A stretch of 25,491 bases of DNA from Cyanophora paradoxa CCMP329 (lineage: Eukaryota; Plantae; Glaucophyta). The position numbers and the translations under genes are program-made. Of this stretch, positions 9,930 through 18,104 are shown piece by piece. Location: NCBI GenBank assembly GCA_004431415.1, contig QPMI01000426.1, positions 1-25,491 of the forward strand, in the 5' to 3' direction. The notes below the pieces were generated by a model. That model was not told the origin of the DNA and did not search any database. It saw only the letters and a list, made by a program, of their open reading frames with translations. Within the stretch, counting starts at the first letter, position 1; every line of letters begins with the position of its first letter.

Positions 9930-10343
9930 ATGGCGAAACCCAAGATCTCGAACCAAGAGGCAATGGCGGCACAGCAGGAAAAGCGCAGACCCGGGAGACC
10001 GAAAAAGGTGATCACAGAAGAGGAGAAAGCCGAGAGATTACGACTAAAACGCGAGAAAGATGCAGAGCGGCAGCGAAACAAGCATCAGAGACAAAAGCAA
10101 GAGCGATTAGCCGCAGGGGAAGCGACCGTATTTACCCCGGAGCAGCTACAAAAGATCGCAATTCGTAAACAGCAGCGATACCAAGACGATGAAGAGTATC
10201 GGGAGAAAATCAGGGAAAAGGCACGGGAATACCAACGCAGAAAAAGAGCGGAACGAAAGCTGAATCCGCCGGTGAAGCCCCAGCCGCAAAAGCCCGCTGG
10301 GAGACCCCGAAAGCATGTCGTCGAGAACGCGAAAAATTCGTAG
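9930..10343 (+). CDS. Basic DNA-binding-like protein with two AT-hooks and a charged helical core
   Basis: RRPGRPKK near the N-terminus, PAGRPRK near the C-terminus, E/K/R/Q-rich helix between; upstream TATTTTCTCCGGTTAT motif. Confidence 0.7.
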   Translation: MAKPKISNQEAMAAQQEKRRPGRPKKVITEEEKAERLRLKREKDAERQRNKHQRQKQERLAAGEATVFTPEQLQKIAIRKQQRYQDDEEYREKIREKAREYQRRKRAERKLNPPVKPQPQKPAGRPRKHVVENAKNS

Positions 10344-10477
10344 CGGAAAGTATCCGTACGACGCAAAAAATGATTAATTTTTTACCTCCCTTTTTATTCC
10401 CCGTATCCGTCGAAAAAGCATTTAAGGAATTAACAACAAGGGTATGAAAAGGAGGATTTGGTAGATTGCGCCGAAAT

Positions 10478-10493
10478 TATTTTCTCCGGTTAT
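10478..10493 (+). promoter_or_regulatory. Putative viral promoter motif TATTTTCTCCGGTTAT (second copy)
   Basis: Identical to 9909-9924; ends 19 nt before ATG 10513. Confidence 0.55.
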
Positions 10494-10512
10494 TTTAAAA
10501 GAACTAATAGAG

Positions 10513-10692
10513 ATGCCGCGCGCAGCCAACAGAATCGCTAACAATGTTCGGGAGGAGATTATCGGATACATTATGCAGGGATTGAGTCAGGATTTGCTAA
10601 CCGAAGAACAGGCGCATTGGGCGATGAACAGCACGATGAACAGGAAGCCCAAGCTCCAAACGCTGATCGACATTCGGGATACTCACACATAG
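10513..10692 (+). CDS. 59-aa ORF (MPRAANRIANNVREEIIG...IRDTHT), possibly truncated by the inverted-repeat element
   Basis: Hand-translated, below the ORF-track cutoff; preceded by the shared motif; its TAG lies inside the 30-bp inverted repeat. Confidence 0.5.
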   Translation: MPRAANRIANNVREEIIGYIMQGLSQDLLTEEQAHWAMNSTMNRKPKLQTLIDIRDTHT

Positions 10693-10968
10693 TAAAATGC
10701 GGAGTTTTAACCCTCGGCTTATCTTAATTGATTTTGTTGATATATCTCGTATATTCTATTTCAATCAATCGATAATCTGTGTGTATCTTATCGAATATTC
10801 AATTATTTCGATTATTTTGTATTCTTTTCGATATTTTATCGTAAATTTCTCTTATTTCCGATTAGTCTTACTTAGTCTATCGATAATCTGTATATATTTC
10901 CGAATAATATAACTGAATCTCAATTATATCTTGCCTCTGGTTAAAACTCCGCATTTTACTATGTGTGA
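10683..10968. repeat. 286-bp element: perfect 30-bp inverted repeats enclosing an AT-rich imperfect palindrome
   Basis: TCACACATAGTAAAATGCGGAGTTTTAACC (10683-10712) is the exact reverse complement of 10939-10968; the interior pairs in blocks (GGC/GCC, TAATTGA/TCAATTA, ATCGATA/TATCGAT). Confidence 0.95.
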
Positions 10969-11219
10969 ATGGTCATTTGTTTAATTGATTTAATCGATAT
11001 TATATTCATGTACTTTCTCGATTAAATTTAATTAAATTTAATTCATTTAATCGGAAACATATCGCTAAACTCGATTAAGATCCATAAAAGATTCATTTGT
11101 TAAATAAAACAAATAGATCTCTTATTGAATCCAATCGATATAATACATAAAATTTATATGTTTTTATCATGTTTTTATGAGTCTAAGGGGGGTCCCTTAG
11201 GAATTTGATGAATAATTGG

Positions 11220-11332
11220 GTGTCACAGGTGTCACAGGTCCATCCAAACTTTTGAAAATTCACTCTTTATAGGAGAAACTTTGGGATAGACCTGTGACAC
11301 CTGTGACACATACCATATTCAGTAAGGACCTC
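11220..11332. repeat. ~113-bp direct repeat, copy 1, with 21-bp inverted arms built from tandem GTGTCACAG
   Basis: GTGTCACAGGTGTCACAGGTC (11220-11240) and GACCTGTGACACCTGTGACAC (11289-11309); near-identical to 11404-11517. Confidence 0.95.
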
Positions 11333-11403
11333 TTTTATAATGAAAAACGCAGTAATTATCTTATCTATGTATTTCTAATTAAATGAATAAATGATTTAAT
11401 CGA

Positions 11404-11517
11404 GTGTCACAGGTGTCACAGGTCCATCCCAAACTTTTGGAAATTTACTCTTTATAGGAGAAACTTTGGGATAGACCTGTGACACCTGTGACACAAACCA
11501 TATTCAGTAAGGACCTC
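11404..11517. repeat. ~114-bp direct repeat, copy 2, with 21-bp inverted arms
   Basis: Arms at 11404-11424 and 11474-11494, extended inward by ATCCCAAA/TTTGGGAT; differs from copy 1 at about four positions. Confidence 0.95.
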
Positions 11518-11891
11518 ATATATTGTTAAAATCTCAGTGTTAGTTGGTGTAGTTGATTCAAAAAATGCATTTATACTCTGATTCATTGTTATTTCCTGTG
11601 AAATTTGAGTCAACTCAACCCACTTAGTCAACCCTCCCATTGAATTCGTAACAAAATCCATATACTTTTACTACTTTTACGATTAATATGAGTCAACCTT
11701 GAGTCCACTTAAATTATAATTGGGGAATGAAGGGGAGATGCTGAGTTTTATTGTAAGGAAATCGATAGTATTCGAAATTGTAACATATTCTATTGTAGGA
11801 AAGGGATATATTATATCCTTTTGTTATAATAGCTGATCAATGTTATTGTAATAAAAAAGGTAATCACCCTGATCATCATTATAGAAACCCA

Positions 11892-12289
11892 TCAAAACGG
11901 AAATCTATCATGTTTATGCCTCTCAGTCTTCTCAAATGTTAAGAAATTCATTGTTTTATCGATCTTATCTGCTACTGCTTGTGTTTTATGCTGAGCGTCT
12001 TTACCACAACTGAATATATCAATTGCTAACATGCCTTCATTGGAATAACAATGAGCTGTACAATGGCTTTCATCTAATAGCAGAACCAATGCAAAACCAG
12101 GAGGTGATACTTTGCCATCAAATATCTCACAATGTTTGTGAACAATCCTAATGCCTTGCCTTAATACTGCTTGTTCAAGGGTTCTCATAATCCAATTACC
12201 AAGGAAGCTTACATGCTCATGTCCTGTTGCAATAGCTGTTTTAGCCTTGTAATCAAGCATAACATGAAAGCCCTGTATTGAGTCTCCAT
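11892..12289 (-). CDS. speD: Prokaryote-type S-adenosylmethionine decarboxylase proenzyme family protein
   Basis: SPPGFALVLLLDESHCTAHCYSNEGMLAIDIFSCG has the ESH self-cleavage/pyruvoyl site and the DxFxCG motif. Likely ATG at 12289 (METQY...HVMLDY) with one frameshift before ORF 11892-12260. Confidence 0.88.
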
Positions 12290-12317
12290 TAAGAATACCT
12301 TAGAAAAATTATTAAAC

Positions 12318-12589
12318 CTAATCGAACCTAATGCAAACATCTCTATATTCCACTGTGATTGATGAAGTAGCCCTTTTCCTATAAGCTTGAGAATGCTTTT
12401 TGTTGCATTCCCTGCAACCTGATCCTTCACATGATTAAAGGGATAGGTAAGGATCACCTTATTACACTGCAAACATCTAACAGATACTTTCTCTTGAGCT
12501 TTGATGTAATGTGTCTCACTGTAATCGAATTTATCTTTACCATGAACTGTCATAGCAGCATCAATAAACTTTTTTGTTTTACTATCCAT
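12318..12589 (-). CDS. Stand-alone zinc-ribbon (DUF723-like) repeat protein without nuclease domain
   Basis: FIDAAMTVHGKDKFDYSETHYIKAQEKVSVRCLQC...PFNHVK is one copy of the endonuclease repeat; a frameshift near 12420 leads to a stop at ~12318. Confidence 0.6.
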
Positions 12590-12611
12590 ACTCTATATAT
12601 AACCAATATTC

Positions 12612-13441
12612 TTATGGAGCAGTATCCTGCCCAAAAATGGGGAAATATCGATTAGTGCCATAGTACTCAGCATAGGTATTCTGCTTTGCAATAAAATCAG
12701 TTCTCTCAGCATATAATACACACTTGTAGATACCAAACTTGGTGGCTCTAACCAGGAACTGATAATCTTCCAAACCAAAATTGACTCCATGATAAGCAAT
12801 TCCGAAATTATCATATGGGGTGATCACAACTGCAAAATTAGGAGTTCCACCCTCCACTTGACATACAGCATATACATCTGGTGGAATATCCACAACAACC
12901 TTGTAGTGGTCACCAATCTCAACAAGAGAGTCTACAACTGCTGTCTGTTCATTTACCACAATGGGGAATATTTTGATTATATAGGGGCATTCATGCTGGG
13001 GACATAGGTTCGAATTCTGGTGTTAGGATCAATGGGATTGGTTGATCATTCACAAATAAAGGCGCTCCAACAGCCCCACCAACCCGAAGACCATCACCAA
13101 TATAAGCTCCCCCGATTGCAGTTAATAGCTCCCGACCTAGATTCAAAAGAATAAGTAGACAGAGGATCTCCATAGCTATCTGGGTCTCCATAATGAGCAG
13201 AAAAGTTCGCATTTGTCACAAGGAGTTTCGTTGTCTTAACTATACCATTATTTTTATCACATCTGAGTTCCTGCAATCTCAGTTTATGGGTGGAACCAAA
13301 GGTGTTCATTGTAGGTTGGACCTCTGTTGATTGGAGACCCTCTACATCATCAAAGGTAGCATGCTGTAAAACATGGTTTGCTGGGGCAGCTAATGATAGT
13401 TGAGGTGTAATAATTCGTTCAAGTGGGGGTTGCTCAGCCAT
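12612..13441 (-). CDS. Spike-like paralogue 1 (shared N-module plus short beta-rich C-domain), frameshifted
   Basis: LRLQELRCDKNNGIVKTTKLLVTNANF...GGAYIGDGLRVGG, then ORF 12612-12959 (IPPDVYAVC...VITPYDNFG...LYAERTD). Confidence 0.6.
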
Positions 13442-13464
13442 TTTACATTAAAGGGATATATCTT

Positions 13465-14309
13465 TTATGGGGTTGGGTCATCAATTACATCTGGCTCTTG
13501 GTAAAACCCTGTTTGAGAAAGAGTATCAGGAGTAACACCTCTTAGAGCTGAGACAGCAGCTATATCTGTTCTGATACCCATAACTGTAATTGTATATTTT
13601 CCAATATCTGTAACAAACAGATCATAGGTGAAATTGTTATTATAAACACAGAACCCTGTGCCAAAATGATCATATCCTTGAACACTGAAATTGTATCTGT
13701 GACCTGGCTGGTTATTGTTGGCTCTACATAAAGAAAGCATTGCAGAAGGAATGACCAGCCCTCTCATTACTCTTTTGGTTCCTTCAATCAATTCAGAGTT
13801 TTCAAGTGTGACAGTATAACCTTGGTAAAATTGAATAATTGGCTGTTGTGCAACTGGTATATATAATCGAATTCGTTGTGGGTTCTCTACATTTTGTTCA
13901 AGAGTATCTGGACATCATTATACGAAATTGAGGATGAAAGCTGACCTGAAACTCTGCAGCCACCACCAATAAAAGCTCCTCCTGATCTCACAGTTACAGC
14001 AGCAGTGTTTTTATCATAATCAAGGGCTTTCAGATCAACACTGTAAGCATCAGGACCTCCATTAGTAGGCCGGAAAAAGTTAGCATTTGTGACAAGAAGT
14101 CGAGTTGTTTTCACCACACCTGAGTTCTTATCAGCTCTCAGCTCTTTAACTCGAATAATCGAATTTTTATCAAAGGAGTTGCCATTGGAATTGGGTCTCT
14201 CTGTGGATTCCAATCCACGAACCTCATCATTTACTTCATGCTGGCGAAAATGCATTGCAGGGGATCCAAGGGAATATATAGGCAGTTGAACTCGATTATA
14301 TTCACCCAT
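13465..14309 (-). CDS. Spike-like paralogue 2 (shared N-module plus short beta-rich C-domain), frameshifted
   Basis: ATG 14309 (MGEYNRVQLP); IRVKELRADKNSGVVKTTRLLVTNANF...SGGAFIGGGCRVSG; C-domain 13465-13791 (IPSAMLSLC...GYDHFG...VMGIRTD) is homologous to that of paralogue 1. Confidence 0.6.
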
Positions 14310-14350
14310 TGCTTCTTTTACTAAGAAGGAAAGAAAAATAATGTACAATA

Positions 14351-14610
14351 CTATTCTGTGACATTGTTATACTCAATTGCTTTCTTCACAGTTCCCCTTT
14401 GGAATGCCTGTAATACAATCGCTTCCTTTGAGGTTGGTATTTGAACTCCACCTGAGATGCAAGAATGGATTTCTTTCTGAACAATCTCATCAATTGCAAT
14501 TCTTGCTCTGTTATGGGCAGCATTATCGATCCAATCCTGAACAGAAGCAGCACAAAATTCCATTCCCAACTTCTCAATATCAGATAGAACCACTTGTAAA
14601 TATTCGACAT
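14351..14610 (-). CDS. Small helical protein (QDWIDNAAHNRARIAIDEI), resembling small phage proteins next to C1q-domain tail genes
   Basis: ATG 14610 (MSNIYK) with one frameshift into ORF 14351-14593; the family resemblance is from recall and unverified. Confidence 0.6.
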
Positions 14611-14632
14611 TTCCTAAACTACCATAAGAAAA

Positions 14633-15651
14633 TTAAACGATGCTTATTAATTCACCTGAGAAGGCTGTTTGACTTGCATATGAACCGACTGAATTTGTAA
14701 CAAGTGTAACAAATTCGTTTTGGGCAAGATTGAGAATGCAAGAGAAACACAGCGCTTTATTTGTTGTTGACAGATTGTGAACTTGGGAAATGCTCAATCC
14801 CCCTGGATCTGCATTGTTTACCCTGAGAAACAATTCAATAGCAGAAGTTGTGGTTGAAGAAGTGAATACTGAAAAACGATAGTGTCCTGCAACAGGTGCT
14901 GTGAACCTTCCAGTTGATGTGCTGAATGAATTGGTATTGTTTACTCGAACTGTTGCCCAGTTTATTAGATCAGCAGAAGTTGTAGCAGTGTGATTGTAGC
15001 CAAGTTGAACTGAAAATCGTGGATGTGATGTTTTGAGATAACACCCTGTATTAACTGTCAAACTATTCGCTTCCAGAGTAGCGACAGTGTTACTATTTCG
15101 TTTGAGAAGAAGGTCTACATTGGCTCCTGTATCGATTTCTGGTGTGACAACCTTGTTTGTTGCTGTGATTATGGATTGTGAGGCAATTGGTAGTGAAATA
15201 CCAGCATTTGCTGTTACCAATCCTGTAAAGGTGCTTGTTCCTGTAATACTTACCTGATTTGCTGTGAGAGTTCCATCAACTCTCGCCCCATCTCCAATGT
15301 AAGCTCCTCCACTTCTCACAACAAGAGCAGAGTTATTGATTGTGTTGTTAAATGTTACTATTTTGGGTGTGGTGAACCCTCCTACATCATCATATATTGA
15401 TGAATCGGAAACAATTTGACCTGATTGAACTTGGTTCTTGTTTGAAACTATTAAACCTGTGGTTCTCACCTTGCCCCCATTGCGATCACATCGAATTTCT
15501 TTGCATCTGATCACAGAGTTTTGAGAAAATGAATCGGCTCCTGTTGTTTCAGTGCAAATAAACCCAGGGTTGCATCTGTTACTGTGTGATTGAGTTGATG
15601 TAATTTTGGGGCAGCATAACAGAAAACAGGAACAGCTATTTGTGTAGACAT
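14633..15651 (-). CDS. Spike-like paralogue 3 with C-terminal gC1q domain
   Basis: ATG 15651; IRCKEIRCDRNGGKVRTTGLIVSN module; HPRFSV...FSTSTGRFTAPVAGHYRFSV...FSGELI is a canonical C1q signature. Confidence 0.8.
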
Positions 15652-15654
15652 TCT

Positions 15655-16739
15655 TTATATTATGTAGACAATATTATGAATGGACAAGCATACATCCAAA
15701 GAACCATCTGATATTATAATATATAGAACTCCACCACTGCTATTATATGATATTCTGATGGAATCATTGGCTTGAAGGTCTACAATAATTTCGAACCCAT
15801 TGTTTGCATATGCAGATGCATAATTAGTATGCACTTCAATTCCAGATGAGCTTCCGTTTTTCTGTAAAAATGTAACAATATTAGTTGTTCTTCCAGTCCA
15901 ATAACAGGATCCACTAAATGTGACAAGATAGTTTCCTGTAACAGGGGCAGTAAAAAGCCCTGTCGCAGGATCGAAATGATTTCCTTGGTTCACTATGACT
16001 CCTGTTGTTGGATATATATTTATTGAGGAAAGTGTTGCAGTTATTGACCCATTTGGTTGCTGTTTTGTTGCAAAGAAACGAGGATGGCTACTTAATTTGA
16101 GATATTTGCTTGTCGGAAGTGTGAGATGTTGAACAGTTGTGGTATCTGTCTGAATAGTTTTTTGAAGAGAAAGAATGGTATCCCCATTCCTCTTGTAATT
16201 CATGACTGTGTCACTCATGTTGTCAATCTCAGGTGTATTTATTCTTGTTGTAAGTGTGAGAGTTCCATACTGAATACTCCCTGAAAGCCCACCATTAAAG
16301 GTCATCAATCCTGCAAATGAACTTGTCCCACTCACAGTCAATTGATTTGCTGTCAGAGTTCCTGCTACATTTGCTCCATCACCAATGTAGGCTCCTCCAC
16401 TCTTGACTACAAGAGCGGAATTATTGCTTGTGTTCCCAAAAGTCACTATCTGTGCTGTGGTGACTCCACCCACATTATCATATATTGCTGAATCGGGGAC
16501 TACTTGACCTGCTTGAACCTGATTTTTATTCGAGATTATAATGCTGTGGTTCTAATCTTGCCTCCATTTCGATCACATCGAATTTCTTTGACCCTCAGTA
16601 TACTGTTCTCTGTGAAAGAGGTATTACTTGTAGTTTCAGTGCAAATAAAACCGGGTGTAGAGTCGACTACTTCATGAGAGGTGCTGTGGAGTGATTTGGC
16701 TGCAAGTTCAGAGTTTGGGATTTCTAATAGAGAGGTCAT
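15655..16739 (-). CDS. Spike-like paralogue 4 with C-terminal gC1q domain (one frameshift near 16535)
   Basis: LRVKEIRCDRNGGKIRTTAL module; HPRFFA...NQGNHFDPATGLFTAPVTGNYLVTF C1q signature; N-half visibly similar to paralogue 3 at DNA level. Confidence 0.8.
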
Positions 16740-16775
16740 CTTTGTAATAGTGTGAGAATCTTAATTATGCTGTTG

Positions 16776-18104
16776 CTATCCAATGGATATACACTGTGAA
16801 GCTTGTAGGGTAAAGTGTATTCCAACCACAACCCAGACTTGTACATTGACTGTTGTTGATGTTGTTGAGTTGTTGGTAATTGCAATTTTATATCCGAGAT
16901 CAGTGCAATCTGCAAGCAATCCTTGCATATTTGTAACAACAGAGGGTGTAGATGAAAATGCTGGACTCCAATTGAGGGTGAAAGTAAAATTTGGTCTTGC
17001 AGTTGCTGAATTGTTCATCTGTTGAGGATTGGTTATGGTAATGGATTGTATACCCTTTCTAATCAGGTTATCAAGCATGTATTGGGGTGCCAACTTAGTC
17101 ACCTTGGAGTTATCTCGAGGATCCATTACCCACATTTCTCTTGCATATGCATTTCCACGAACAAGTAGGGTTTTATCCTGATAGTAAGATATAGAGTTAG
17201 TAGAAAGGGTTGAATTGTGGAAATTCCAAATAACAGGAGGATCAGGCATAATATATGGGTCATAATCGAGAAAGTAACCTGATCCAATGAGAAGGTTTGC
17301 ATTTGCAGTGATATTATTTGCTGTAAAGGGATCAAGGGTGGGTTTATTGGTCAGATCATTGTAGTTGCCCGAGAAAATCGCTGGTTTGTTATAAATATCT
17401 GTATTCCAATCATGAGTATGTGCAAAATCTGTAATCTCTGCCTTAGTGTGGGTGTGACCTACATATGCAACATTTCCAAGATCTGTAATCTCTGCCTTGG
17501 TATGGGTGTGACCAACATATGCAACATTTCCAAGATCTAAAATCTCTGATTTAACATGAGTGTGAGCGAAATTCGTAATATCTGCTCTTGTGTGATAGTG
17601 TGCAAAATCTGTAATTTGGGACTTGGTGTGGGTGTGTGCGAAATCTGTGATTTCTGCCTTTGTGTGGGTGTGTGATCTATTATTAAGATCAAGGAAGCTT
17701 CCCGAAAATGCAACAGGATGCAGATTTGCAGAAGTAGGTTTATTAATGAGATCATTATAATCTCCTGTAAATGAAATGGTTTTCAGTTCACCCCTTCCTA
17801 CATAATCAGAAGGTAGATCAATCTTGATGGGCATGATAGCTGGATCATCTGGAATCTCATACTCACCTCCTGGGTGAACCACAGGGAAGGTTTGATTGCT
17901 TTCAGTGTGGACAAAGAAATTGCATGCTGTTACTGTTCCATCAATAATCCCACCTGTGAGAGGGAGGTAATTGCCTGTGACACCAATACCTATACCTGCA
18001 ATGATTGTATTAAGTTCTGTTTCATCAATGTAATTTTGGGCTTGAAGGTAATCCTCTGTGACCACTCTGGATATGGTCTCATTGTGAATATTCTTTGCAG
18101 CCAT
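16776..18104 (-). CDS. Tail-fibre-like protein with HxH (phage-tail-repeat-like) repeats and C-terminal H-lectin/gp53-like domain; probably the distal part of the element B fibre gene
   Basis: YLPLTGG, three FS/TGxY/FxDLxNK/R motifs, seven HTHTKAEITDF-type units, WSPAFSSTPSVV...ITNNSTTSTTV. Confidence 0.75.
   Translation of the reverse strand: MAAKNIHNETISRVVTEDYLQAQNYIDETELNTIIAGIGIGVTGNYLPLTGGIIDGTVTACNFFVHTESNQTFPVVHPGGEYEIPDDPAIMPIKIDLPSDYVGRGELKTISFTGDYNDLINKPTSANLHPVAFSGSFLDLNNRSHTHTKAEITDFAHTHTKSQITDFAHYHTRADITNFAHTHVKSEILDLGNVAYVGHTHTKAEITDLGNVAYVGHTHTKAEITDFAHTHDWNTDIYNKPAIFSGNYNDLTNKPTLDPFTANNITANANLLIGSGYFLDYDPYIMPDPPVIWNFHNSTLSTNSISYYQDKTLLVRGNAYAREMWVMDPRDNSKVTKLAPQYMLDNLIRKGIQSITITNPQQMNNSATARPNFTFTLNWSPAFSSTPSVVTNMQGLLADCTDLGYKIAITNNSTTSTTVNVQVWVVVGIHFTLQASQCISIG
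17427..17534. repeat. Two 54-bp tandem units (18 aa, LGNVAYVGHTHTKAEITD) within a longer array of 36-bp HTH units (~17405-17675)
   Basis: Units 17427-17480 and 17481-17534 differ at only a few third-codon positions. Confidence 0.9.

Larger units (their letters stand above)
1..10692. mobile_element. Polinton-like/virophage-like dsDNA virus element A (left end outside window)
   Basis: Co-located DJR-MCP-like gene, two penton-like genes, A32-like ATPase, lipase and fibre gene; compact intronless layout; coding sequence ends abruptly at the 30-bp inverted repeat at 10683. Boundaries approximate. Confidence 0.8.

Noticed and set aside
9821-10168. 115-aa ORF overlapping the AT-hook gene
   Set aside because: Alternative frame with a GTG start that crosses the promoter-like motif; ORF 9930-10343 has the ATG context and motifs.
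10697-10912. 71-aa hydrophobic ORF
   Set aside because: Lies wholly inside the T-rich palindromic element; the I/F/Y/L bias is a by-product of composition.
11220-11517. CRISPR-like array
   Set aside because: Only two long modules with near-identical interiors, no unique spacers and no cas genes.
12209-12589. Fusion of the zinc-ribbon ORF with SpeD
   Set aside because: The overlap is better explained by two frameshifts; SpeD has its own ATG (12289) and upstream TTTTCT motif.
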